Origin: Eledone cirrhosa
Lineage: Eukaryota
Assembly (NCBI GenBank): GCA_964016885.1
Contig: OZ024744.1
Location: 46,872,001-46,936,000 of the forward strand
Reading direction: 5' to 3'
Length of the DNA: 64,000 nt
This document shows positions 12,585 to 26,348 of the stretch, in pieces; position 1 is the stretch's first letter, and every line of letters begins with the position of its first letter. Position numbers and translations under genes: made by a program. The notes below the pieces were generated by a model. The model was given only the letters and a program-made list of their open reading frames with translations. It was not told the origin of the DNA and ran no database searches.

Positions 12585-13130
12585 GTCATTACATCTACTA
12601 TTCCATGCTTGCATGGGCTGGATGGGTCCTTCTTAGCACGACATTTCTCCACTAGATGCATTCCTTCGTCATCTCTTCTAGTCTTCACGATTTGAGTTAA
12701 GCTCTCACAACATTTGCTTTCTTGGTCATCCTCTACTGCAGCTTCCTTCCACTAGGATTTCCTCAGTTGGTCCAAGCTCTGCATTTCTCTCACATTTACG
12801 TTGCAGATCCAACAAAACATGGTTGCTTCATTTCTCTCTAGTCTAATCGCATCATCTGCAGTCACAGCCCATGTTTCTCTACCATGCAGTATTGTGCACT
12901 TCACACAGGCTTTATATACCCTTCCTTTTATGTGTAGGAAGAAACCTTATGTTATCAGCAGTAGTTCACTTAACTTCCATCCTATCCTTATTCAAGCCAC
13001 CATACTCTTGGCACACCGTCCTATGCTGCTGATTAGGTCACCTAGATAGCAGAAGCTATCAACCACATCTATAGATCCTTCCTGTGACTGGAAACGGTTT
13101 ATAACAGTAGCACTCTTCCTCTCAATTTCT
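12585..13130 (-). mobile_element. Old RTE LINE 3' coding fragment
   Basis: Minus-strand DSFCYLGDLISS/ACVKCTILHGRETW-like peptides; paralogues at 25630-26237, 31550-32115 and 57815-58245. Confidence 0.7.
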
Positions 13131-13789
13131 GCTGTGCTGCCTAACCAACCACTTCCTCTCAATTTCTGCTGTGCTGCCTAACCAACCACTTCCTCTCTGT
13201 CCCCACACTGCTGATTTCCTTCTCAAAATTAGAAAGACAACAGCCCACTTGAGGAAGGAGTCCCATGAGGTGGGGTGGATGTTGCAGTGGGTGTCTCTGG
13301 CTATTCTTTGTGGTAACACTTTTGCCATTTTGTATGTAGGGTGGGGCTGAATCACAGCTCAGACAGGAATATACTGTCTGTCCCTCACCCTTTCCCATTG
13401 TTTTTGTTGCTTGATTCTTTTTCGTTTTCCTTCTTTTCATTTCCATTTCTTAAATATTTGATTACCTTTAATAATGTATTTTGGTTTAATATGAGCAGTT
13501 ATATAAAATTACGAATGTTATTTACACAAATCTGAATAAAGAACCAACATATTGATTGACTGTGTGAATTAATATAACTGAAGTTGTTTCTGAATGTATT
13601 AAATTATGTAGGGGACTTTTAAATCATGTCACCATCCATGTACCTGCTATCTTAATTATAACTTTAATTAATCTAATTATATTTTATGTAGTAATTATCA
13701 CATGTTAAAGTGAAAGTTAATATTTTGTAGATAACATAGGGTGAGCTAGATGTTTAAAGGTAGGTGTTGCTACATGATTAAATATTTCA

Positions 13790-14780
13790 TTTCATGTGAG
13801 AAATGTGAGAAATCTTTTACAGATAGTTTGGTACTTAATAAACATATATGTCTTCAGACTGAAGGAAAGAAACACTTCCAGTGTGAAACATGTTGGACAG
13901 CTTTTATTCAGAATTCTACTCATGTTGACCACATAGTCAGACTGCAGAAAAAGGACCTTCCCCAGTGAAACATGTGTTAAATATTTTGTGACTAACAGTA
14001 ACTTAGAAACACACACACTGGTGATACAATTTTGTTCAACAAGGAGGAAAAAACTTTGCCACTGTGAAATGTGTGGGTAATCTTTCATGAAAAACAATCA
14101 TATGAAGACAAAAAAAAACAACACATACTGCAGAAAAATCATATCACTGTTAAAAATGTGGGAAATGTTATGTCAAAAACAGTGTTTTTGAAAGAACACA
14201 CTGGAGAAAAATGATATCATTTAGAAATATGGGGTTTACATTTTGTTACAAATGGTCATTTACACACAAGTACACATACTGGAGAAAAACCATATTATTT
14301 TAAAATATATTGGAAAGGTTTTGTTACAAATGGTCATTTACAAAGACACAAAAGAACACAAACTGCCGAAAAACCTATAATTCTGAAAAATATGAGAAAT
14401 CTTTTACTGATAGTTTGGTACTTAATAAACATATATGTCTTCAGACTGGAGCAAAGAAACTTCCAGTATGAAACATGCTGGACATCTTTAATTGAGACTG
14501 GAGGAAAGAAACTTCCAGTGTGAAACATGTTGGAAATCTTTTATTGAGACTGGAGGAAAGAAACTTCCAGTGTGAAACATGTTGGACATCTTTTATTCAG
14601 AATTCTACTCATGTTGGCCACATAGTCAGACTGCAGAAAAAGGACCTTCCCCAGTGAAATATGTGGGAAATATTTTGTGACTAACAATAACTTAGAAACA
14701 CACACTGGTGATAAAAATATTTAACTGTGAACCCTGAGATACCCTTCCTTTTACCAGTCTAAACTTATTGTCCACCAACA
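13790..14780 (+). pseudogene. Highly degenerate C2H2-ZNF array (second subfamily) with an internal 52-bp tandem triplication
   Basis: CEKCEKSF, CETCWTAF and HTGEK remnants with stops; 52-bp units at ~14442-14597; shortened paralogue at 32715-33000. Confidence 0.75.
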
Positions 14781-15409
14781 TCAAAAATGTAACCGTAACA
14801 GTTCTACAGACTCCATTTCTTAAATATGTTTTTAACTGGAATTAAAATCCTTTCCATGTCTAATTTTTGTCTTCCTAGATTCAGTTTTAATTATATAAAG
14901 GCAAAATTCTTTTTTTCTTTTTTTCTTTGTTTGCAACAGCTAAAATTCCCTGTTGTAATGTATAATTGAAGGACGCTCTAACATCTGAGGTAATGATGTG
15001 CCTTTAATCTATCACCTGAACTAATGCTGTGTCTTGTCTCAGATATGTTAGAGGTCAACACCAACATTCCCTGTTGTGGTGTGTAATTGAGAGACTCTCT
15101 GTCACCTGAACTAATGCTGTCAGTGTCTTCTCTCAGAAATATTAGAAAGCAGCACCAACATTATCACATATTGAACTCATATTGTATGCCATTTAACAAG
15201 TGCTGCGTTATTGTTCAATTATTTAATGACAGCCAATCATATCACAATTATGTGTTTCAAGTGTGCTCATATTTTTGCCTATTATACTTCAGCTAAACTG
15301 GGGTACACAATTTTATCCAACAGGTTTGAAGTACAGCCTCACAGCTCCAGGCGCACTATTATTTCTGTTGCCATGGAATTACATTCAGTGTTGTTGTTAC
15401 ATCCTCACT

Positions 15410-15610
15410 TTAGTTCTACAGTTCAACATTTCTTCAGTTCAACAGTTCTACAGTTTTACAGTTCAACAGTTCTACAGTTCTACAGTTCTTCAGTTCAACA
15501 GTTCATCAGTTCTACAGTTCAACATTTCTTCAGTTCAACAGTTGTTCAGTTCATCAGTTAAATAATACTTCAGTTCAACATTTCTCCAGTTCAACATTTT
15601 TACAGTTTAT
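15410..15610. repeat. Short-period tandem repeat (cagttcaacatttct-like)
   Basis: Direct inspection; paralogue at 33620-33820. Confidence 0.85.
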
Positions 15611-16540
15611 TGTGCTTTATTGTGTTGAAATAGAAATTTACAAATAACTGTTCCTAGTTCAATTCCTTACACATTTAATTGAAGGAGTGTATATGCCTTT
15701 TCCTGGTTTTTATATTCTTTCTTTTTAGATTTTCATAACATATTAAATAAACTATATTTATCTCCTGAAATTAAATCTATTTTTATTAAGTAAGTAGTTA
15801 CATTTGATGAATTTGTCCAGTCTGTGATTCCATACTTTTGTTAATTTCCCATCTAAATATCTGTTAAGAACACCATATGTAATGATATCTTGAAAGTAGT
15901 TAGAAGAAATCAAACACAAACACTTCATTGGTATTTGAAATGTTTAAAATTCTATTGGACGTTGTTGTTTTTAAAACTTGTGAGGCCCCAGAGGTTTTAA
16001 TGGCTACTTCAACACACCTCCCTCACTATCTTCCAGGTTAATCTTTTCTCCATTCTGTCCTTAGCCAGGAGCATGAGGCAACTGGTACCTTGGTTTCTGC
16101 AGGCCAGAGAGAATTCTGAGACACTGTCTTGGCTGGTATCATTGGGGTAGTGATAGTATAGGTTACTGAGTGATGTTAGACACAGTAAATAATGGTATTT
16201 GATGTAGGCACAGGCCCAATAATATTGGGTGTGGGGAAAGTTAAATCAACCTCGCTGCATTACTGGTACTTTATTTTATCAACCCCGTATGGATGAAAGG
16301 GAAAGCTACCCTCAACATGATTTGAACTCAGAACGTAACAGGACATAACTCTATGATGCAAAGATTGTTGTCTGACGCTCTACGGATTAGATGCCAATTT
16401 ACTGCACTAGACACACTAAATAAAAGTGTTTTGAGAAATTTGAAACAACAAACTTGTTAAATCTCTATTGATTTCTAAATTAGGCTCAAGACCAGCAATT
16501 ATGGGGGAAGGGCAAAGTTTATTAAATCAACCGTAGTACA

Positions 16541-19015
16541 CCATCATCTTCATCATCATCATCGTTTAATGTCCATCTTCAACGCTTGCATGGGTTTGGA
16601 CGGGTGTTTTCCCACTTGAGGCAAGATTTGTTGTCCTGCTCGTATAGGACTGTTTGGTGGGTTTTCTACGGCTGGATGCCCTTCCTAACACCAACCACGT
16701 TTACAGTGTGGACTGGGAGGTTTTTACCGTGTTACCTACACGGCCACATTACAGCGTGGACTCTGTGTTTTTTTTTTGTCGTGACACCTACACGAACTCA
16801 TTTGTTTCGACTGGATGTTGTGGTACCAACATAACTTCACATTGAAGAGGGTGGTGTGGATGGGTGGGGGTAGTGGGACGGGGTGTATTTTGTTAGAGGT
16901 GCCATCTGACTGTAGGTTTCGCTTTGTACTTAGGCAATGCGGGTCTTCTGTATGACTGTGTAGCGCTAAAGATCTCGGTCCAGTGACATTGTCTTGGAGA
17001 GGTGTAAGTGTGTGAGGTCGGAATTTATCAAGTCGTCCCAGGTTTTTCTGGGCTGCCTACATGTGGCTACCGTCTATTTTTATCGCCCTGCACTTTTTTA
17101 TACAGCTGTCGTCTTTCATGCGCATCACGTGACCGTACCAACGTAGTCTTCTCTCGAGTAAACAACATCTGATCCCCCTTATTCCTAATTTATTCCTTAG
17201 TTCGTTTATGCTTTGCCGTTCACGTATATTACTATTACACATCCAGCGGAGCATGCAAGCTTCGTTTCTCTCCAGTCTGCGTATATCCTCTGCACACTTT
17301 GCCCAGGTCTCACTGCCATGTAACATGCTGTTCGTATGCAGGCATCATACAGCCTGCCTTTTATTTTTAGAGAGAACCCTTTAGCGGCCAATAGTGGTAT
17401 AAGCTTTCTGAACTTTTTCCATCCCGTTCTGACTCTAGCTACTGTACTTTCAGAGCACCCTCCCCCACTGCTGATTTTGTCATCCAGGTAACGGAACGTG
17501 TCCACTATTTCTATAGAACCATCTCTGCAATGGAATGAGCTAGTATTCTATGGGCACTTGCTGCTAGTTATTGCACCAGAGCACCGGCCACATATAAAAT
17601 CTATATTCTTAGTTAGCTTACCTGTGATCCCACTACATCTTTTATGCACCCATACTTTTCCTACACACTGAGCATGGCCATTTGCCAGATGGGACCGGTG
17701 CCCTATTTTCCTTCCTACAAACTAGAACTTTAGTCTTAGACAAGTTAACTTTAAGGCTTTTTGATTCTAGGCCATGCTTCCATGTTTGGAATTTCTTCTC
17801 TAGTTCAGCCATTGATTCAGCTATGAGCGTTAGATCATCTGCATATAGGAGTTCCGATGTGCAGCTGGTCTTGAACTCCTCTGTTATAGCCTGAAGGGCA
17901 ATAATAAATAGTAGCGGGCTAAGAACAGAGCCCTGATGAACACCAACTTTTACGCTAAACTCTTCACTATATTCGTTGTTAATTCTAACCTTGCTGACTG
18001 TTTCTTTATACATGGCTTGTATAGCTCTCACAAGCCATTCATCAACACCTAATTTTCTAAGCGCCCACCAGATAATGGAGCGGGGGACTCTGTCAAATGC
18101 TTTCTCCAAGTCAACAAAAGCTAAGTATAGGGGTTTACTTTTAGCAAGGTACTTCTCCTGTAGTTGTCGTACAATGAAAAGAGCGTCTGTGGTACTTTTA
18201 CCTAACACAAACCCGAACTGCATTTCATCTAGATCAATTCGTTCTCTGATTAGTTGACCTATTACTTTTTCTGTGACCTTCATGACCTGGTCGATTAATT
18301 TAATGCCTCTATAGTTACCCCTATCAAGAGCATCTCCTTTATCCTTGTAGCAGTTAATGATGAGGCTGCTACGCCAGTCCTTCGGAACGGCCCCATTCTG
18401 TATGACTTGGTTTACTATCCGGGTGACTATAGTGTGTCCCACCGTTCCAGATGCTTTCAGCATTTCAGCAAGTATTTCCGAAGGCCCAGCCGCCTTACCC
18501 GTCTTCATGTCTTTGATTGCCTTACTTATTATACTACCGTCAACTAGCACTGCTGGTCCCTCTATTAGATTGATGTGGGGAGACTGTCTTTCTCCCAATT
18601 ATTCTCCTCATTTAGTAGCCTTTCGTAGTGACACTTCCAAGCTACCTTCTTATCAGCGTCAGTGATGGCAAGTACACCATCATCATTAAGGACACACTCT
18701 CCCCGAAAATATCACGGTTTTCCTTGACACATTGCCTAGCAATCCTGAACACCTCACGTTTTTGGTCCTCGCGTTGTAGAACATGCTTGAACTTTCTTTC
18801 CTCTGCTTCCATACTTGCGAAGTACACTTGTCTCCTAGCTTCCCTCCTGGCCACTTGATAGTCTTCTCTACTTCCCCCGTCCCGCCATACTTTCCAAGCC
18901 TGCTTTTTGGGCTTAATTGACTCCTCCACCTTACTGTTCCACCACCACGTTACTCCCCTCCTGCCTATAGGCCTGCTCCAGCCACAGACTTCATCTGCCG
19001 CCTTCAGCAGGTTAG
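16541..19015 (-). mobile_element. 5'-truncated RTE-clade LINE (family A), RT domain
   Basis: ORF 17642-18598 (AFVDLEKAFDRVP, QGSVLSP, LYADD); (GAT)n tail at 16542-16563; empty paralogous site at ~34760. Confidence 0.95.
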
Positions 19016-19269
19016 ATAATATATTTTATCTAACCTAGAAGAATAAAATATAAAATTTACCTCATGTGGGATTTGAACTCAGAATATTAAAAGCCAGGAC
19101 AAATACTGCAATGGTAGGTTATCTGACAGTCTACCAATTCTGTCATTCTACCATCTTTGTTTAAATCTATATTAAAGTAAATGTAGAATAAATTGTCCTT
19201 CTACCATTTGAAATTCTACTGAAATCATCTCAGAACAACACAGTAGTGTTTCAATAGAGCTGTTATTTA

Positions 19270-19483
19270 TTAAATCATTTATTTAAACCGTCCGTATCCG
19301 GCCAGAATTCTCTTACCGTTTCTGTTCTAACTGGCCCCAACAGGCCGCTCATGCTGATGTTAAGGTATTGTTCCCAAAATAAATAATATCAAAATCTCAT
19401 AGATGCAATATTTTGTGAGATAATTATGTTTACTGCAAAAATATAATAGTAAATATAGAGTAACGTTAATGATAAAGGGTTAA
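19270..19483. mobile_element. Degenerate TTAA-type MITE (piggyBac/Kolobok-like end AAAGGG-TTAA)
   Basis: Right end gataaagggttaa; left end degenerate; paralogue at ~35010-35225. Confidence 0.35.
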
Positions 19484-19676
19484 CTAAACCTAGAAGAAAA
19501 CCAGACGTTACTGGATATTAATTCAGTGATTAGTGCTAAGGCAGACAACACCGCCTGGCTTAAATTAAGTCCCAGGTTAGTATGATCAAATAAACTTATA
19601 ATTAAAGGTTTTCCTGCTGTGACAATAAACTATAATGGCATATGTATGTGTGTGTGTGTATATATATATATATGTG

Positions 19677-22600
19677 TGTTAGGAAGGGTATCCAACCAGT
19701 GTATCAATGCCAAAACGCTTATCAGCACAGCAACAAATAGGAACAACAACAAAATATGAAGACGTCACATCTCAGAGTTGCAACACTTAATGTTAGCACT
19801 CTCAGAGGTAGATCTGCTGAAATAGCGGAGATGCTGGAGAGAAGGCATGTGGATGTGTGCTGCGTGCAAGAGGTGAGATGGAGAGGTGCCTCTGCGAGAC
19901 TAGTCGTAGGCAAACATCTTAGCTATAAGCTTTTCTGGGTAGGTAAGGATGATGGGTTAGGGGGAGTAGGCATTTTCCTGGCTGAGAGATGGATCAATAA
20001 GACAATAGAGGTAGTTCGAGTTAGTAATCGAATAATTAAGCTTAGATTAGTTGTAGGCAGGAGACTACTGACAATCATCTCTGCCTATGCTCCCCAGGCA
20101 GGCCTAGGTAAAGAAGAGAAAGACTGCTTTTACGAGCAACTTTTACAAACAACCGCAATGACAGAGGACGGAGACATCGTTATGCTAGCAGGGGACTTCA
20201 ATGGTCATGTTGGACAGCTACAGGATGGTTACTCTGGGGTACATGGTGGGCACAGTTACGGCTCAAGAAATCAAGGAGTGAGACTTCTTGAATTTTGTGA
20301 TGCAAGTACACTGACTATTTGCAACACAAACTTCCAGAAACCTGCAAATCACCTAATAACCTAGAAATCTGGCGAGCACATAAGCCAGATTGACTTCTTA
20401 CCAGTTAGGCAGCGGGACAGGCAGATAGTGTCTAATACCAAGGCATATCCTGGGGAAGAATGTACCCCACAGCATAGGTTAGTCCTTAGTGATATCTCAG
20501 TAAGCAAGAGATGGAATAAGACATACAGGAAGGTGTGGAGAAGAAAAGTCTGGAAGCTAAAAGACCTTTCACTAAAATACAAATTTAGGAAAGCCCTTCA
20601 AGATGTATATGACGAAAAAGAAGACGATTTAGAGACGTATGACATAGATAATGACTGGAATTTCTTACATGACAACTTGCTGCAGGCTACTGATGAAACT
20701 TGTGGCTGGAGCAGAGTTCCAACCAGACAGAGAGTGACCTAGTGGTGGAACAACACAGTAGATAAGGCCATTAGAGATAAAAGACTAGCATGGAAGTCTT
20801 GGAAAAAGGGTGGGAGTAGGGAAGAATATACAACCGCTAAGAGAGAAGCTAGACGTCAGGTGTACTTAGCACACAGGGAGGCTGAGAGTAGGAGGTTTGC
20901 CAATGTTCTGCAACGGGAAGATCAGAGGCGTGCGGTGTTCCACATTGCAAGGCAGTGTGTCAATGCAAATCAGGATATTATTGGAGATAAATGTATCCTG
21001 AATGATGCCGGTGTACTTAGTGTCACGAATGATCAGAAAAAGGAGGCCTGGAAATGTCATTATGAGAGACTGATGAATGTGGAGAACCAATGGGAGAGAG
21101 AGAAATTACCCTTAGTAGATCCAACAGAAGGACCAGCTATTGAGATTGATGAATATAGGGTCCAAGAGGCGATTAAGGAAATGAAAAATGGTAAGGCTGC
21201 TGGACCATCGGGAATAGTTGCTGAGATGCTGAAGGCATCAGGGGACGTAGGCACTAAACTGGTTGCACGCATCATCAATCAGGCTATATATGGTGGTGTC
21301 ATACCCAAAGACTGGTGCAGCAGTATTCTCATAAATTGCTACAAAGGTAAAGGGGTTGCTCTGGAGAGGAGCAATTATAGGGGTATAAATCTGATGGATC
21401 AGGTTATGAAAGTGGCAGAAAGGATATTAGCACAACTAATTAGAGAAAGGGTCAAACTAGATGAGATGCAGTTTGGTTTTCTGCCTGGGAAGAGTACAGG
21501 TGAGACAATTGCAAGAGAGGTTCTTAGAGAAAAATAAGCCACTATATTCAGCCTTTGTTGACCTAGAGAAGGCCTTTGATAGGGTACCCAATCTGTCATC
21601 TGGTGGTTCCTAAGGAAACTAGGTGTAGAGGAATGGCTTGTGAGGACAGTGCAAGCTATGTACAGAGGTCCTGTCAATAAAGTCAGGGCAGGAATGGAGT
21701 TTAGTGAGGAATTCCAGATACAAGTAGGAGTACATCAAGGTCCGGTCCTCAGCCTGCTCTTGTTCATTATAGTCCTCCAAGCCATAACAGAAGAGTTTAA
21801 GACTGGCTGTCCATGGGAACTTCTCTGTGCTGACGATCTGTTTCTTATAGCAGAATCAGTAGAGGAGCTAGAGAATACATTCTGGCTATGGAAACAGCAG
21901 TTGGAAGCAATGGGACTGAGAGTGAACCTAGCTAAGACAAAAGTGTTGATGAGTAGAAAAGAGGACAACACTCTGATTCCGTCAGGGAAATGGCCATGTT
22001 CGATATGCAGAAAAGGAACTGGCATAAATTCTATAAAATGCACACAATGCAGATCCTGGGTACTCAATAGATTTAGTAGGATAGCAAGCAAACTAACAGG
22101 TAGGGAGAAGTATGTATGCAGTAGATGTACAGGAAAATTAGACAGTAGAAGTCGCATTGATAGACACATTTTTCAAATGCAGGAGGGTGCTATAGAAGTG
22201 GTGGATAGCTTCCCGTACCTAGGAGATCAGATTAGCATGGGAGGGGGTGTTCCAAGGCCATAGTAACTAGAATAAGGATGGGTTGGAAGAAATTTAGGGA
22301 GCTGCTTCCTCTGCTGACGAAGAAGGGTTTCTCCCTGCGTACGAAAGGCCAGTTATATAATGCCTGTGTGAGGAGCGCGATGTTGCCTGGTAGTGAGACA
22401 TGGGCAGCAACTGCAGAGGATATGCAACGGCTGGAGAGAAATGAGGCAAAAATGGTCCGTTGGATGTGCAGTGTCAAACGACCCAACATGAATGTGTTCA
22501 GAGAGAAACTGTGTCTGAGAGGGATAGAATGTAGTGTACAGGAGAGGAGACTGAGGTGGTATGGACATGTGATGCGCATGGAGGATGACCGATGGGTAAA

Positions 22601-22824
22601 GAAGTGCCAGGAAATGCCAGTTGAAGGAAAACATGGTAGAGGTAGACCACGAAAAACATGAGCGGAGGTGGTGAGAACAGACCTCAGATGGCTGAAGCTC
22701 ACGGTGGAGATGACGAAGGACCATGACAAGTGAGAGATGGTGTGCTGAATAAGACCCGTCCCACCCTTGCACGCAGGGAAGAGCGGACGTAAAATGATGA
22801 CGATGATGATGATGATGGTGATGA

Positions 22825-22828
<4 letters not shown>
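19677..22828 (+). mobile_element. Near full-length RTE-clade LINE (family B): APE + RT, disrupted
   Basis: ORFs 19756-20364 (LRVATLNV, CVQE, GDFNGH), 20428-20742, 20860-21537, 21640-22263 (CADD) and 22278-22661; short 3' UTR with (GAT)n tail. Confidence 0.95.
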
Positions 22829-22921
<93 letters not shown>

Positions 22922-23232
22922 AGAAAAAAAGATGAAATCGAAAATGCAACTGGAATCTTATTTTTTTAAAAATATATATATTTATTTGGTTCCTTTACCA
23001 GTTTCGCAGTTCTTCTGCTGTTCAAAAGTAGAGTTGAGATGGAGGGTCTGTGGTTTTTCACACATCTCACATGATTTTTCTCACCAGATGTGAGAAAAAC
23101 CACAGACCCTCCATCTCAACTCTACTTTTGAAAAGCAGAAGAACTGCGAAACCGGTAAAGGAACCAAATAAATATATATATTTTTTTAAAAATATAGACT
23201 CCAGTTGCATTTTCGATTTCATCTTTTTTTCT
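22922..23232. repeat. Fold-back palindrome (~146-bp arms, 18-bp spacer) carrying a hammerhead
   Basis: 22922-23067 is the reverse complement of 23086-23232. Confidence 0.92.
23125..23160 (+). ncRNA. Minimal hammerhead ribozyme, U3-A8 core variant
   Basis: ctt-TTGAAAA-gcag-aagaa-ctgc-GAAA-ccgg-TA-aag followed by AATAAA. Confidence 0.6.
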
Positions 23233-23292
23233 TTATACTTTCACCCGTGCAGGACACCTCGGTTATTTTTCATTTTGTAAAAAAAAACCTCA

Positions 23293-23357
<65 letters not shown>

Positions 23358-23359
<2 letters not shown>

Positions 23360-23552
23360 GCACCTAGCACTCACTGTAAATGAGGTTGGTGTTAGGAAGG
23401 GCATCCAGCTGTAGAAATCAAGCCAGAATCAGTTCCCGTATGAGCAAGACAAGATCAGCTCACCAGACACTGCTCACAACAGGGCAACCCGTCTAACCCA
23501 TGCTAGCGTGGAAGAACAGACGTTAAACGGTGATGATGATTATGATGATGAT
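23358..23552 (+). mobile_element. RTE/SINE 3' tail fragment
   Basis: GGAAGGGCATCCAGCTGTAGAAA and (GAT)n tail; paralogue at 40226-40420. Confidence 0.7.
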
Positions 23553-23792
23553 ATATATATAAGCACTTGCTTTTTCTTCACCCAAGATCAGTCTTACGCT
23601 GACATATGTCTTATTACATGTACCAACTAAATGCTACATTACAACTTTGTAGAAGAAGAAAGTGGAGTTCTGCAGTCTTTTATGGACCCTTTGTATATTA
23701 GACTACATAGCATCTATTAACCATATCTACATATCTTAATGTATGAGTAAAAGTGGTGAGAATACTTTATGTAAAGATCACTAGCTAGAAAT

Positions 23793-24044
23793 ATGTCTGA
23801 ATATAGCTGTGAGATTTGTAGGAAGACTTTTTCTTCAAAACTGAAACTATCCTCACATGGGAAAATACACACTGGAGAAAAACCCTTCCATTGTGAAATA
23901 TGTGGGAAATCTTTCACTTATAAATCTAAACATGTCATCCACTTACGGAGTCACACTGGTGAAAAACCCTTCCATTGTGAAATATCTGAGAAATCTTTCA
24001 CATTGAATTCTTCGCTGGTTGTTCACAAATGTAGTCAACACTAG
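23793..24044 (+). CDS. Short C2H2 zinc-finger protein (83 aa, 3 fingers, third degenerate)
   Basis: Uninterrupted [14 protein letters not shown]...[14 protein letters not shown]. Confidence 0.7.
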   Translation: MSEYSCEICRKTFSSKLKLSSHGKIHTGEKPFHCEICGKSFTYKSKHVIHLRSHTGEKPFHCEISEKSFTLNSSLVVHKCSQH

Positions 24045-26348
24045 TGATAAACCCCATCACTGTGAAATGTGAAACACACAAATATACAAACACACTCTGG
24101 AAAGAAGAAAATAAATATTTATATGTATCTGGCTGTGTGTGTATATATATATATTGCTACTGAGGGTAGGATAACCTGATGAGCTGGCTCCTGTGTTGGA
24201 TACCTAAACATGGTAAGACCCTAGTGGGATGACCGAGATTGACCTACATAGATCAGATGTCTCAGGATGTCCAGCTGGAGATTAATGATTTCAGGAATGC
24301 CATGGAAGATCATGATATCTAAAAGAGAAGTGTAGGATTGTTCTGGCCAATCCACCTGACGTAATGAATAATAATAATTATAATAATATATATTAATGAA
24401 GATTTATTATGGGGAAATATGTTAGAAATCATTCTCAGAGGTTTTGTATGTAATCCACAAATACACCCTGTAGAAAGTTCCACTTCATATTATTTGTCAT
24501 TAAGGTTTCTTATAGAGACACAATCTCATTTCATTGTTGAGGGTGGTGGATTGGGAGAATCAGTAGAGTGTCACACGACATGCTTTGTGTCATATAGTTA
24601 CACCCCTTTACGTTCTGTATTAAAATCCTGCTGAGGTTAACTTTACTCTTCTTCCTCAGAGGTTCAGTAAAATAAAGTACCAGTAATGAATGCACTGAGG
24701 TTGAGTTAAAAGTAGAAACATTTATTTAAAGTCTATAAAACAATGGATGGAATGCTTTCTGCCATACTTGTTCTGGTTCTCTGCTCTCTGAGTTTAAATC
24801 CTGCTGAGGTCAATTTTGCCTTTCATCCATTCAAGGTTGATAACAAAAAAGTGGGGTCTGTTCTTCCTCTCTATATTTCTTTCTCACTTCCTCTCTCTCA
24901 TTCTCTCTCCTTCTCTGGAAGAAATCAACTGTCCCAACCTGGTGAGTTAAGGGTTTCACAAAGCTTCAAATGTCCACAGTGACACCTCTATGACTCCATC
25001 AGTGCAAGAAAAACAAGATTGATGTGTTTATATGTGTTATTTTACAAACACTAACTGGTTTATATTTATATTTATGAAAAAATATCCACATTTATGTGTA
25101 AATAAAAACAATTTTATAACTTTAATATTTGTTGATGGTACTTTCATGACAGTTGAAATTATGACTTTTTTTTAGAAATATTTCACATTTGAAAATACTT
25201 TACAAATTTCTTCTCTTGCCAAACAAAGGTTTGGTAGGACCCTTCAGTTCTGTCAAAGACATCACAACCTGTTTAGTACCGGTGCCACAATAAGATACAC
25301 TCAGTAGAATGTGGAACCATATGTAAGAGAGATGTGGTCTTCCACTGCACCCTGGTTTGTGAAGAACTGTCCCACCCTTGCTAGCAGGGAAAGTAGACAT
25401 TAAATGATGATCTATGATGTCATTGGTGCCAAGCTGTTTCAGCTATTCCCTTGGACAATATTATATATAATGTGTATGTAGTATATATATAGTTTGTATA
25501 TTGTCTATACGTGGCATATACTCTATATATGCAGTATTTATATATAGTGTATATATTGTGTATATGTAGCACATACACTATATACATAGTACTTATATGT
25601 ATATATATATAGTGTATATAATTTGTGTATCATCATTACATCTACTATCCATGCTTGCATGGGTTGGACGGGTCCTTCTTAGCATGGCATCTCTCCACTA
25701 GATGCATTACTTCGTCATCTCCACTTCCCGTCTTCACGATTTGAATTAAGCTCTCACAAAATTTGGCCCTGACTTTCTTGGTCGTCCTCTACTGCAGCTT
25801 CCTTCCACTAGGATTTCCTCAGCAAGTCCAAGCTCTGTATTTCTCTAACATATACGTTGCAGATCCAACAAAATATGGTTGCTTCATTTTTCTCCAGTCT
25901 AATCGCATCATCTGCAGTCACAGCCCATGTTTCTCTACCATGCAGTATTGTGCACTTCACACAGGCTTTATATACCCTTCCTTTTGTGTGTAGGGAGAAA
26001 CCTTATGTTATCAGCAGTAGTAGTTCACTAAACTTCCATCCTATCCTTATTCAAGTCACTCTACTCTTGGCACACCTCCTCTGCTGCTGATTAGGTCACC
26101 TAGATAGCAGAAGCTATCAACCACATCTATAGATCCTTCCTGTGACTGGAAACGGTTTATAACAGTAGCACACTTTCTCTCAAGTTCTGCTGTGCCTCGT
26201 CTACATGCGAAAATCTCCCTTCCTGTTAGACTACTCATTACATATTTTTCATACTATATATATATACTGTATATATACATATGTATATATATATTGTTTC
26301 TGAATTTGTTTAGCAAGATTCTTTATCTGAAAACGTGTGTTGAAACCG

